A stretch of DNA of 64,000 bases from an uncultured Candidatus Rokubacteria bacterium (GCA_963789955.1 CAWBMV010000001.1:851954-915953), one strand, 5' to 3'. Positions 10,385-24,087 are shown, numbered from the stretch's first letter. Notes: generated by a model from the letters alone, not told the origin. Made by a program: numbers and translations.

Positions 10385-10414
10385 TTGACGGCCCCGAGCG
10401 GGGCCACCTAGAAT
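10385..10414 (+). promoter_or_regulatory. Sigma70-type promoter of recA
   Basis: TTGACG-18 nt-TAGAAT. Confidence 0.6.
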
Positions 10415-10478
10415 GGCCAAAAGCGATAACGAACGAAACGTGCAGTGGGCGTGCGAGGATAACTGAAGGAGAGGCCCC

Positions 10479-11498
10479 ATGGCTGAGGCCAAGAACGAGC
10501 GACGGCAGGCCCTAGAGCTCGCAATTTCGCAGATCGAGCGGCAGTTCGGCAAGGGCTCGGTCATGCGGCTCGGCTCGGGCGGTCCCCTCGAGGAGATCGC
10601 CGTCATTCCGACCGGCGCCATCACACTCGACGTGGCGCTCGGCGTCGGCGGCCTGCCGCGAGGCCGGGTCACCGAGATCTACGGCCCGGAGTCCTCGGGC
10701 AAGACCACGCTGGCGCTCCACGTCGTCGCCGAGGCCCAGCGCCTGGGCGGCATCGCCGCGTTCATCGACGCCGAGCATGCGCTCGACCCGATCTACGCTC
10801 GCAAGCTCGGCGTCAACATCGACGAGCTCCTGATCTCGCAGCCCGACACCGGAGAGCAAGCGCTGGAGATCACCGAGACGCTCGTCCGCTCCAACGCCGT
10901 CGACGTGATCGTGATCGACTCGGTGGCGGCGCTGGTGCCGCGCGCCGAGCTCGACGGCGACATGGGCGATTCGCTGCCCGGCCTGCAGGCGCGCCTCATG
11001 TCCCAGGCGCTCCGCAAGCTCACGTCCGCCATCTCGCGCTCGGGCGCGATCGTCATCTTCATCAACCAGATCCGCGAGAAGATCGGCGTGATGTTCGGCA
11101 ACCCCGAGACCACGACGGGCGGGCGCGCGCTGAAGTTCTATGCGTCCATTCGGCTCGACATCCGGCGGCAGGACGCGATCAAGCAGGGGACGGAGTCGCT
11201 CGGCGTCCGGACCAAGGTCAAGGTGGTGAAGAACAAGCTCGCGCCGCCGTTCCGAGAGGCGGAGTTCGACGTCATGTACGGCGAAGGGATCTCCAAGACG
11301 GGCAGCGTGCTGGACGCTGGCGTCGACAACGGCCTCGTCGAGAAGTCCGGGACTTGGTACACGTACAAGAGTGAGCGGATCGGACAGGGACGCGAGAACG
11401 CCAAGAAGTGGCTCCAGGAAAACGCGGCGACCTTCGCGGACCTCGAATCGAAGCTTCGCGACACTCTCGGACTTCGCCAGGCGGTGCCGATCAAATAG
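10479..11498 (+). CDS. recA: Recombinase A
   Basis: [58 protein letters not shown]. Confidence 0.99.
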   Translation: MAEAKNERRQALELAISQIERQFGKGSVMRLGSGGPLEEIAVIPTGAITLDVALGVGGLPRGRVTEIYGPESSGKTTLALHVVAEAQRLGGIAAFIDAEHALDPIYARKLGVNIDELLISQPDTGEQALEITETLVRSNAVDVIVIDSVAALVPRAELDGDMGDSLPGLQARLMSQALRKLTSAISRSGAIVIFINQIREKIGVMFGNPETTTGGRALKFYASIRLDIRRQDAIKQGTESLGVRTKVKVVKNKLAPPFREAEFDVMYGEGISKTGSVLDAGVDNGLVEKSGTWYTYKSERIGQGRENAKKWLQENAATFADLESKLRDTLGLRQAVPIK

Positions 11499-11507
11499 GA
11501 GTCGTTC

Positions 11508-12664
11508 ATGCCGATGGAATTCGACAAGCTCCTGGTCACCGGCGTCGAGCGCGGCGCCTCTGACCTGCACCTGAAGGCCAACGCTCCGGTCATCCTCCGG
11601 ATCCACGGCCGTCTGGTGCCACAGGGGGACCTCGGCGTGATCACCGCCGAGGACATGGACGCGATCGCCCACCGGTGCCTCACCGAGCGGATGTACGGCC
11701 AGCTCATGGACGGGCGTGAGGTCGACTCGGCGTACGCGGTGCCGAACTTCGGTCGCTTCCGCGTCAACATGTTCCTGGCGCTCGGCGCGGTCCGCGCCGT
11801 TCTGAGATCGATTCCGTCCAAGAAGCCGAAGTTCGAGGAGATCGGACTGCCCGAGGTGCTCGAGCAGCTCTCGATGGAGCGCCGCGGGCTCCTGCTGGTC
11901 ACCGGCATCACCGGCTCGGGTAAGTCGACCACGTTGGCGGCCATGGTCGACTACATCAACCGCACGCGAAACGACCACATCCTCACGATCGAGGACCCGA
12001 TCGAGTTCACCCACGACGACATCGGCTGCGTGGTCAGCCAGCGCGAGATCGGCCACGACTCGCCGAGCTTCGCCACGGCGCTGCGCGCCGCGCTCCGCGA
12101 GGACCCCGACGTGATTCTCGTCGGCGAAATGCGCGACCCGGAGACGATGTCGGTCGCGTTGCACGCCGCGGAGACGGGCCATCTCGTGTTCTCGACGCTC
12201 CACACCCTGAACGCCAGCGAGACGGTCAACCGCATCATCGGCACGTTCCCGCCGCACCAGGAGCAGCAGATCCGCGACCAGCTGGCGGCGGTCATCGTCG
12301 GCATCGTCTCGCAGCGCCTCATCCCGAAGATCGGCGGCGAGGGCCGGATCCCGGCCGTCGAGATTCTCGTCGGCACCGGCGCGATCAAGGACTGCATCCG
12401 TGAGGCGAAGCGGACGCCCGAGATCCCGGCGTTCATCGCCCAGGGCCAGTCGCAGTACGGCATGCAGACCTTCGACCAGTGCTTGCTGAAGCTCTATCGG
12501 GACGGGATCATCTCGTACGAGACCGCGCGGGAAGCGGCGACCAACGCCGACGACTTCGACCTCAAGGTGCGCGGCATCTTCTCGACGGGCGAGCAATCGT
12601 TCGAACAGCGCGCGACCGATCGGGCGCCCGTGTCGCCCGCCGGCAGCTCCTTCTTCAAGAGATC

Positions 12665-12668
<4 letters not shown>
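11508..12668 (+). CDS. pilT: PilT/PilU-family type IV pilus retraction ATPase
   Basis: ASDLHL, GRFRVN, GSGKSTT, TIEDPIEF, LREDPDVILVGEMRD, AAETGHLVFSTLHT, GMQTFDQ. Confidence 0.92.
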
Positions 12669-15873
<3,205 letters not shown>

Positions 15874-15909
15874 GGGTTAGAGCACGTCCCTGGGGTAGAA
15901 TGTTGGTTG

Positions 15910-16588
15910 ATGGCCCTTGGGCGGATCCTGGTCGTTGACGACGAGGCCCCCGTGCGCGAGGTCCTGGCGGAGTACTTCGCCACCGAGGGGTATGCCGTCG
16001 AATCGGCGGGTAGCGGGCTCGAGGCCCTGACCGTGATTCGAGGGGGTCGGGCGGACCTTGTCCTGCTCGACGTCCGCATGCCCGGGCTCGACGGCGTCCA
16101 GGTCCTGCGCCGGATCCGGGAGCTCAACGAGCACGTGCCCGTCATCATGGTCACCGCCAACGAAGACGTCGGCCTCGCCAAGGAAACCCTCAAGCTGGGC
16201 GCCTTCGACTACGTCGCGAAGCCCTTCGACTTCGACTACCTCGACCGCGCCGTCGCGGCCGGTCTCGCCCGCGTGGGTGAGCGGTCGCCGGCGAGCCACG
16301 CGACCGAGGACGACCGCTGGGAAGCATCTGGCGCGCACCGTGTTCAGCGCCACGCGCGGCATGCCGCCACTCGCGCGGAGCGCGACCGGCGAGCGCCTCG
16401 AAGCGGCCGCGCTCGCCGCGGCACGCCACGCGGCCGCCGGCCGATGCCCGGACGCCGATGAGTATCTCGCCGAGATGCAGCTGCTCCTCGACATCGCCAC
16501 CGAATTCGGTGACCTCCCGGCCGCGGACCGGGCGCTCGTGGAGTCAGCGCTTGAAGCGGCGCGCCGGTCACTCTCTCTCGCCGGCTGA
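15910..16588 (+). CDS. Response-regulator receiver probably fused to a four-helix-bundle (IVS-encoded/Avd-like) domain; frameshift near 16320
   Basis: ILVVDDE, LLDVRMPGLDG, TA, GAFDYVAKPF; removing one G from TGGGAAG continues as WKHLARTVFSATRGMP... Confidence 0.7.
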
Positions 16589-17861
16589 CCGGCGCGGCCG
16601 GGGGCATCATCGCCGCCCCGACGTCGAGCCGCATCTCAAGATTCTCCACACCGTCGCGGAGGCGGTCAGCCGTACGCTCGACGTCGAGGAAGTCCTGCGC
16701 ACCGCGGTCGAAGCGCTCACCCATGTCACCGGTCACGAGATCTCGAGCCTCCATCTCCTGACCGAGGACGGCAAGACGCTCGAGCTGCGCGGCGAGCGCG
16801 GCATGTCGGCGCGTCTGCGTGAGGTGAATCGCGCCTTGCCCATGGGTGCGGGGCTGATCGGCCGGGTCGCGCTCACTGGTAAGACCGTCCGTCTCGACCG
16901 CAACTACGAGGACCCGAACGTGTTGCCGAGCGCCAAGGCGGCCGTTCGCCGCGAGCAGATCCGGGGATTCCTGTGCGTCCCGATCCACAGTCGAGGCCAG
17001 ATTCTGGGCACGCTCTCGCTCGGCCGGAAGACCGTCGATCCTTTCGACAAGCCCGAGCTGGCCCTGGTCCAGGCCGCGGCGGACCAGATCGGCCTGGCGC
17101 TCGACAACGCGCGGCTCTATTCCGAGTCGCTTCGCCAGCTCGACGAGCTCAAGCGCGCGCACGCGCAGCTGATCCATGCCGAGAAGATGAAGGCGGTCGG
17201 CGAGCTCGCCTCGGGCGTCGCGCACGAGATCAACAATCCGTTGACGACGATCCTCGGCCAGACGCATCTCTTGCTCACGCACCCCGAGACGACCTCGCAC
17301 GTGCGCGACCGCCTCGGCATCCTGGCGGAGGAAGCCGGGCGCGCCGCGCGCATCGTGCAGAACCTTCTCCTGTTCGCGCGGCACTACACGCCCGAGCGGC
17401 GGCCGTGCTCGGTCGCCGACCAGGCGCGCCGGGTCCTCGAGCTCAAGGGCTATCAGCTCCAGCAGGACAACGTCCGCGTCGTCACCGACTTCGCCTCGTG
17501 CCCGTTCGTGTGGGCCGACGAGAACCAGCTCCAGGTGGTGCTGCTCAACCTCGTCCAGAACGCCCACCAGGCGATGGCCAAGCACCCGTCGCAGCGCGTG
17601 CTGACGGTGCGGGTGTGGCCGTCCGACCGTCATGCCTGCGTCGAGGTGCGGGACACGGGCCCGGGCATCCCGGACGACGCGCTGCCGCGGATCTTCGATC
17701 CCTTCTTCACGACCAAACCGCCCGGAGAGGGGAGCGGCCTCGGCCTTTCCGTCTCCTACGGGATCGTGACCGAGCTCGGCGGCGTGCTTCGCGCCGAGAA
17801 CTGCGCGGACGGCGGCGCCTCGTTCGTCGTCGAGCTGCCGCTCGGGGAGCCGACCACCTGA
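16585..17861 (+). CDS. GAF-domain sensor histidine kinase (start uncertain)
   Basis: GAF (LCVPI...LGTLSL...ALDNARLY), H-box [11 protein letters not shown]-box [28 protein letters not shown]. Confidence 0.9.
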
Positions 17862-18896
17862 CCGTTCGGCTGACCGCCGCGTTCCTGCTGGTCCTCCTTA
17901 CGAGCGGGTGTGCGGCGGTCGGAGGGCCGGTGCCGGGCGCTCCCGCCCATCACCGCGAGAACGGCTTCGCGAACGTGAATCCGGCGTACGAGCCCGCGAG
18001 CGCCTGGACGCGCTTCACGTTCTTCATCTCACGCATCTGGTCCGCGACGTTCAACCCGCGCACCGCCAACTTCCCGTCGGTCGCCAGCGATCTGCCGGCG
18101 ATTCTCGACAATCGCGGCGCCGCGACCGTGACCTGGGTGGGCCATGCGACGTTGTTGCTCCAGCTCGACGGCGTGAACATCCTGACCGATCCCAACTGGT
18201 CGGAGCGCGCGAGCCCGCTGTCGTTCGCCGGCCCGCGCCGGGTCTCCGCGGCCCGGCCTGGCGTTCGAGAATCTGCCGCCGATCCACGTCGTCCTGATCT
18301 CGCACGATCACTACGACCACCTGGACGTCGCGACGGTCAAGCGCCTCGCCGCCGAGCATCGGCCGAAGTTCCTCGTGCCACTGGGCCTCAAGCGCTGGTT
18401 CGCGAGCATCGGGATCACCGACGTCGACGAGCTCGACTGGTGGGATCACCGCGCCGAGCGGGAGCTGACGTTCACGTGCGTGCCGGCCCAGCACTTCTCG
18501 GGCCGCTCGCTCTGGGACCGTAACCGCCGGCTCTGGAGCGGCTGGGTCGTCGCCGGTCGCGCCAAGCGGCTCTACTTCGCCGGCGACACGGCGTACTTCG
18601 CCGGGTTCAAGGAGATCGGCGCGCGGCTCGGCCCGTTCGACCTCACGGCGATCCCGATCGGCGCCTACCTGCCGGCGGTCATCATGCGCGCCAGCCACAC
18701 GAGCCCCGAAGAGGCCCTTCGCGCCTTCGCCGACGTGCGCGGCCGGCACTTCGTCCCGATCCACTGGGGCACCTTCGACCTGGCCGAGGAGCCGCTGGAC
18801 GAGCCCCCTCAGCGCCTCGTGACCGAGGCCCGCCGCCTCGACCTCGACCTCGACCGCATCTGGGTCCTCCGTCACGGCCAGACCCGTACCTGGTAG
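17858..18896 (+). CDS. MBL-fold metallo-hydrolase (NAPE-PLD/RomA-like) lipoprotein; frameshift near 18245
   Basis: Lipobox [47 protein letters not shown]. Confidence 0.88.
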
Positions 18897-18914
18897 CCGG
18901 GCGCGGCGAGAGGC

Positions 18915-20090
18915 TCACACGATCTCGAGCTGGAGCCCCTTGAGGTAGCGCGTCTCGGGAATCGAGAGCAGCACGGGATGATCGTGCGCCTGGGCCAGAC
19001 GGTCGACGATGCGCACCCGCACCCCGGCATCGGCAGACGCGTCGCGGCAAATCTCCTCGAACATCGAGTCGGACACGTGATGAGAGCAGGAGAACGTGAA
19101 GAGGGTCCCGCCCCGCGCGAGGAGCCGTAGCGCGCGAAGGTTGATCTCCTTGTAGCCGCGCGCCGCGGCGTCGAGCGCGGAGCGGCTGCGGGCGAACGGC
19201 GGCGGGTCGAGGACGACCACGCCGAAGCGCGCGCCGTCGCGCTCGAGGCGCCGGAGCTCGTCGAAGACATTCGACGCGCGCATCTCCGCCTGGGCCGTGA
19301 AGCCGTTGAGCTCCAGATTCTGGCGGGCGCCCAGGTTCGCCTCCGGCGAGGATTCGATGCACACCGCCCGCCGGGCGCCTCCGCGCAAGGCGTGGCAGGC
19401 GAAGCCCGCGGTGTAGCTGAAGGCGTCGAGGACATCGCGATCACGCGCCAGGGCACCGACACGAGCCCGGTTCTCGCGCTGGTCGAGGTAGAGCCCGGTC
19501 TTGTGACCGATCCCGATCGTCACCTCGAACGTGACGCCGCCCTCGACGACCCGCACGGTCCTGGGCCCGGAGCCGCCGGCCCAGCCCAGCGCCGCCGAAA
19601 ATCCCTCGAGCTGGGCCGCGTGGGGATCGTCCATGTCGAAGACCGACGTGTCGGGGAACATCGCACCCAGCGCCGCGGTCACGACCGGCCGGGCACGCGC
19701 CATGCCCAGGGTGAGGCACTGGGTCACCAGAACGGGCCCGTAGCGGTCGACGACGAGCCCGGGGAGCCCGTCGGCCTCGCTCCAGACCAGACGGCAGAGC
19801 GTCGGCGGGCCCTGGGCGTGGCCGCGCGCGCGCAGGGCCACGGCGGCTTCGAGGCGGCGCCGGAAGAACGCGGCGTCGAGCGGCTCGTCGGTCCAGGTGA
19901 GGATGCGGCAGCAGAGGGCGGGACGCGCATTGTAGAAGCCGCGCCCGACGAAGCGACCGCCGGCGTCGACGACCGCGATCGCCGAGCCCGCGTCGACATC
20001 GCTGACGTCGGCCACGTCACCCTTGAAGATCCAGGGATGGGTGCGCGCGGCCTCGTGTCCGCGCTTGAGCCGCAGCGCCGGTGGCTTCAT
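18915..20090 (-). CDS. rlmI: RlmI-family 23S rRNA m5C methyltransferase
   Basis: PUA HPWIF, SEADGLPGLVVDRY, GHKTGLYLDQRENR, LDPPPFA, FSCSHH, PETRYLK. Confidence 0.88.
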   Translation of the reverse strand: MKPPALRLKRGHEAARTHPWIFKGDVADVSDVDAGSAIAVVDAGGRFVGRGFYNARPALCCRILTWTDEPLDAAFFRRRLEAAVALRARGHAQGPPTLCRLVWSEADGLPGLVVDRYGPVLVTQCLTLGMARARPVVTAALGAMFPDTSVFDMDDPHAAQLEGFSAALGWAGGSGPRTVRVVEGGVTFEVTIGIGHKTGLYLDQRENRARVGALARDRDVLDAFSYTAGFACHALRGGARRAVCIESSPEANLGARQNLELNGFTAQAEMRASNVFDELRRLERDGARFGVVVLDPPPFARSRSALDAAARGYKEINLRALRLLARGGTLFTFSCSHHVSDSMFEEICRDASADAGVRVRIVDRLAQAHDHPVLLSIPETRYLKGLQLEIV

Positions 20091-20629
20091 CGTTTGAACG
20101 CCTCGGCGGTGATGGCCCAGCGCTCGTGGTCGCGCCAGCGCCCGAGGATTTTCAGATAGCGCGGAGAAAATCCTTCGCGCGTGAAGCCGGCACGCTTCAC
20201 GAGACGGATCGACGCCCGATTCTTCGGCTGGATGTTCGCCTCGAGCCGGTGCAGGCCGAGCGGGCCGAAGGCGTGGCGCACGACGAGGCGGAGCCCCTCA
20301 CGCATGTAGCCCCGGCCCATGAACGGGGCGCCGGCGTAGTAGCCGAGGTAGGCGCTGCGGAGATTGCCGTGAAAGATCTGGCTCATGTTGACCACGCCCG
20401 CGATCGCGCGATCGTCGCGCCGACAGATCAGAAACGCACGCTCCGTCGGCCGCCGGCTGCGCCGGAGATACGCGTCGAACGCCGCGCGGCTCGCCGGCGG
20501 CACGACCCAGGGCCGGAGCGCGCGGCGGCTCGTCTTCATCAAGGCCACGAACTCGTCGCGATGGCGGGCGGTCGGGGCACAGAGGAACACGCGCCGGCCG
20601 ATTTCGAGTGCGGCCGACCGCTTCGCCAC
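20087..20629 (-). CDS. RimJ/RimL-family GNAT acetyltransferase
   Basis: SAYLGYY, GRGYMREG, LHRLEANIQPKN.AS, GF.REG, WRDHERWA. Confidence 0.88.
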   Translation of the reverse strand: MAKRSAALEIGRRVFLCAPTARHRDEFVALMKTSRRALRPWVVPPASRAAFDAYLRRSRRPTERAFLICRRDDRAIAGVVNMSQIFHGNLRSAYLGYYAGAPFMGRGYMREGLRLVVRHAFGPLGLHRLEANIQPKNRASIRLVKRAGFTREGFSPRYLKILGRWRDHERWAITAEAFKR

Positions 20630-20635
20630 GGTGAC

Positions 20636-21424
20636 TTACTTTTTGCGGAGGACGACGACCATGATGATCGGATGCCGGGACCGCTCGAGCACCTGGTGCG
20701 GCTTGAAGCCGAAGAACCACTGCACGAACTCGAAGCCGCCCGCCAGCTCGACCACCGTCTTCAATTCTTGCGGGAAGACCATGCGCGACAGGTGGGTCTG
20801 CCGGTAGAGCCGCCGCGTGCCGTTCTCGATGGCCTCGAGCGTCATGCGCTCGCGGAAGACCTGGCTCACCGGATCGACGTCGTTGAGGGCCGAGAACGAG
20901 GCCCGGACGATCAGGCGGCCGCGCCGCTTGGACCACGTCCAGCGCCGCGCCGGGTTCGTCCACGAGGAGACCATGTAGCGGTCGAAGACGTAGAGCCCGC
21001 CGCGCTTGAGGCACCGCGCGACGGCCCTCAGGTGGGCCACGAGCTGCTCGGTTTTCAGCAGGTGCCCCTGGGAGTCCTGCATGCAGATCGCCGCATCGAC
21101 CGGCTGGGCGAGACGAAAGTCGGTCATGTCGCCGACGACCAGCTCGCCCTGGTGCCCCTTGTTGGCGAACCGCTCGCGCAGGAACTGGATGTTCCGCGGC
21201 GAGAGGTCGAGGCCCGACATCTTGTAGCCTCGGTCGGCCAGCCGCAGGAGGTGGGGTCCGGTGCCGCAGGCGATGTCGACGACCCGGCGGACCGGCCGCC
21301 GTGAAAACCGCTTGAAGCAGTGGACCAGGAAGTCGACCTCGCCCTTCCGATTCAGCTCGAACGCGATCTCGTAGTAGCGCGGGGCGCTGTACTCCCGGAC
21401 CCGGCTCTTCTCGCGAAGCTTCAG
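20636..21424 (-). CDS. Class I SAM-dependent methyltransferase
   Basis: VVDIACGTG, GLDLS, VGDMTDF, LKRGGLYVFD; start inferred at the CTGA overlap with the speB stop. Confidence 0.85.
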   Translation of the reverse strand: MKLREKSRVREYSAPRYYEIAFELNRKGEVDFLVHCFKRFSRRPVRRVVDIACGTGPHLLRLADRGYKMSGLDLSPRNIQFLRERFANKGHQGELVVGDMTDFRLAQPVDAAICMQDSQGHLLKTEQLVAHLRAVARCLKRGGLYVFDRYMVSSWTNPARRWTWSKRRGRLIVRASFSALNDVDPVSQVFRERMTLEAIENGTRRLYRQTHLSRMVFPQELKTVVELAGGFEFVQWFFGFKPHQVLERSRHPIIMVVVLRKK

Positions 21425-22298
21425 CGGAGCGTCCCCCACCACGCCAGGAACGCCTCGCGGATGACCCATGAGGCGATGATGCCGGTCCTGCCGGAGGGAT
21501 CCCAGGCGTGGGCGACCTCGACGAGATCGCCGCCGATGACCCGGCAACCTTCCAGCATCCGGACGATCTCCAGCAGCTCCGGCACTCTCAAGCCGCAAGG
21601 CTCGGGAGAGCCGGTTCCGGGCGCGTCCGCCGGGTCGAGGACGTCGATGTCGATCGTGACGTAGAGAGGATGGCGCTGAAGCTCGGGCAGCAGCCGGCGC
21701 ACGACCTCGACCGGATGCCCGGCCACCATCGGGTACATCGGGAAGAAGTGGGGCCGGTGACGGTGGTACTCCTCGCGAGCGCCCGCGCGAAGCCCGACCT
21801 GGTAGACGCGCTCGGGCGGGACGACGTCCATGACACGGGCGAGGGCCGAGGCGTAGTTGTAGCGCTCGCCGAGGAACTCCTCGCGCAGGTCGGGATGAGC
21901 ATCCAGGTGCAGGATGCGGAGGTCCGGGAACGCCGGGGCGAGCACCTCGATGACCGACACGGTGGCCGTGTGATCGCCGCCCAGCATGAACGGGATGCAG
22001 CCCTGGACGCCACCACTTGGCGATCTGCTCGCGCGCGGCGTCGAGCTGCTCGCGGGGCGTCACGCCGTCGGGGAGCTCGCAGTCGCCGATGTCGGCGATC
22101 GCCAGGTCTTCGAGGTCGCGCGCGAGCGCCGGCGAGTAGGTCTCGATCGACTCGGAGCCGAGCCGGACGTCGAGTGTGCCCGCGTCGGCGCCCTTTCTCA
22201 GATTGACCCGCCCCTCGAACGGAATCCCGTAGACGACGATGCGGGCGTCAGCGAGGGGAAGATCGGCAGCCGATGAACGTCGGAGAGACCGAGCGCAT
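21421..22298 (-). CDS. speB: Agmatinase / ureohydrolase (several frameshifts in the 5' third)
   Basis: YGIPFEG, IETYSP, LGGDHT, HLDAHPDLR, TIDIDVLDP..APGTG.PEP.G, DLVEV. Confidence 0.88.
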
Positions 22299-22604
22299 AT
22301 TTCTTCGTCACTCTAGCGGCTCGCCGATCGATTGCAAGTGGAAACTGCGGCTGCGCCGCTCGGCGCTGCGAGCGGCGGGCGGAACTCCGGTTCCTACTTC
22401 TCCGGTCGCGCACCCGCTCGGTGCGCGCTCGGCGGCGGTGCTGAAGCGCGCCGAGGTCGCGGAAGACGGAGTCGGTTGCGACTTTCGGCTCGTCGGGTCG
22501 CTCGCCGTGTCGCCGCGGCGCGCTCTGCGGCGTCAGCGCCACTCCGCGGCGCGCTCCGCAGCACTCCCGAAACACTCCCAGGTGGTCGGAAACGCGTTTT
22601 TTTC

Positions 22605-22633
22605 TTGCAATGGGTGAAAACGGACCCTACAGT
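22605..22633 (+). promoter_or_regulatory. Sigma70-type promoter of speD-speE in an AT-rich patch
   Basis: TTGCAA-17 nt-TACAGT with an upstream T-tract. Confidence 0.6.
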
Positions 22634-22744
22634 GAAACAAGTTTTTATTTAATAGCGAAATTTTTTCGGACTCTTTTCGGACTGTTTCGGACTTGGTGAG
22701 CGTGATCGCGACGTGAATGAAACGTCGCAGGAGAGGTGCGGTAG

Positions 22745-22777
22745 ATGAACGGATCGAAAGGGGGACCACTGGCTTGA
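22745..22777 (+). CDS. Putative 10-aa leader peptide MNGSKGGPLA overlapping the speD start
   Basis: SD AGGAGAGG at 22729-22736; ATG 22745; stop TGA overlaps the speD TTG (TTGA). Confidence 0.45.
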   Translation: MNGSKGGPLA

Positions 22778-23169
22778 ACGCCCTGGGACGACACCTGCTG
22801 CTCGAGATGTTCGACTGCGACCCTGACGCCATCAACAGCCTCGAGTCCGTCAAGGGGGCCTTGATCGAAGCCGCGAAGCGGGCCCAAGCGACCATCGTCG
22901 ACGTCGTCTTCCACGAGTTCAACCCGTTCGGAATCAGCGGAGTTGTCGTCATCGCAGAATCCCACCTGGCGATCCACACCTGGCCAGAATATCGGTACGC
23001 GGCGGTCGACATCTTCTCCTGCGGCGAAGTCCTGCAGCCGGAGGTCGCTGCCAACTACCTGGTCGAGCAGTTCGCCGCCGAGCGGACCTCGATCGTCGAG
23101 ATGCAGCGCGGAATGTTCCTCAACTCGGCAGTGCCGATCGTCAACAAGAGCCCGGTTCCGATCAGTTGA
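22774..23169 (+). CDS. speD: S-adenosylmethionine decarboxylase proenzyme (class 1b)
   Basis: LGRHLL.E, FHEF.P.GISGVVVIAESHLAIHTWPEY.YAAVDIFSCG; TTG start after AAGGGGG. Confidence 0.93.
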   Translation: MNALGRHLLLEMFDCDPDAINSLESVKGALIEAAKRAQATIVDVVFHEFNPFGISGVVVIAESHLAIHTWPEYRYAAVDIFSCGEVLQPEVAANYLVEQFAAERTSIVEMQRGMFLNSAVPIVNKSPVPIS

Positions 23170-24087
23170 TCAACTCGCAGTCCCATAAGTGGTTCATCGA
23201 GACCACGACCACCTTCGAGGGGCATATGCATGCCATCGCGAAGACGATCGTGGAGGCCCAGACGAAGTTTCAGCACGTCGAGATCCTCCAGACGGCGTCG
23301 TATGGCAAGACCCTGGTGCTCGACGGGCGCATCCAGTCCAGCCAGGGTGACGAGTTCATCTACCACGAGGCTCTGGTCCACCCGGGCCTCCTGGCGACCG
23401 AAGCGGCGCCCCGCAGCGCCCTGGTGATCGGCGGCGGTGAAGGCGCCACACTTCGGGAGATCCTGCGATACCCCTCTATCACCCGTGCCGTCATGGTCGA
23501 CATCGACGGTGAGGTGGTCGAGCTCTGCAAGACGCACCTGCCGGAGATGCATCAGGGCGCGTTCGACGACCCCCGGACCGAGGTGCGGAACGAGGACGCG
23601 CGCGGCTATCTCGAGAAGAGCAAGGAGCGGTTCGACTTCATCTCGATCGATCTGGTCGAGCCGCTCGAGGAAGGGCCGGCCTGCATGCTCTTCACGCGGG
23701 AGTTCTACACGCTCGTGAGAGGATCGGCTGACGCCCGGCGGCACGATGTCGATGCAGGCCGGGATGACCAAGCGTGGCGAGCTCGGCTTCTTCACGTCGA
23801 TCCATCGGACCCTGCGCGAGGTGTTTCCGATCGTCGCCGGGTACCAGACCTTCGTCTCATGCTTCGGCACGCCGTGGGGGTTCATCGTCGCCTCGAAGAA
23901 GGTCGACCCCAACAAGCAGGACGTCAAGGCGGTCGACAAGCTCATCGCCGATCGGATCAAGGGCTCGCTCGAGTACTGGGACGGCGTGACCCATCAGCAC
24001 GCCTTCAGCCTGCCCAAGTTCATCCGCAAGAGCATCGCGAAACAGACCCGGGTCGTCACCGACGCGAACCCTCTGATCGTCACCTGA
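23166..24087 (+). CDS. speE: Polyamine aminopropyltransferase (frameshift near 23720)
   Basis: LVLDGRIQS...DEFIYHEALVHP, LVIGGGEGATLRE, VDIDGEVV, LFTREFY. Confidence 0.93.

Noticed and set aside
10428..10446. GAAC-N4-GTTC-type SOS box at recA (GAACGAAACGTGC)
   Set aside because: Spacing and right half do not fit the known consensus.
16320..16588. Diversity-generating retroelement suggested by the Avd-like domain
   Set aside because: No reverse transcriptase and no TR/VR repeat pair seen in the window.
22695..22770. SAM-I or spermidine riboswitch in the speD leader
   Set aside because: Only short coincidental words (GGTGC, AGATGA); the P2 kink-turn, GCAAC and four-way junction core are absent.
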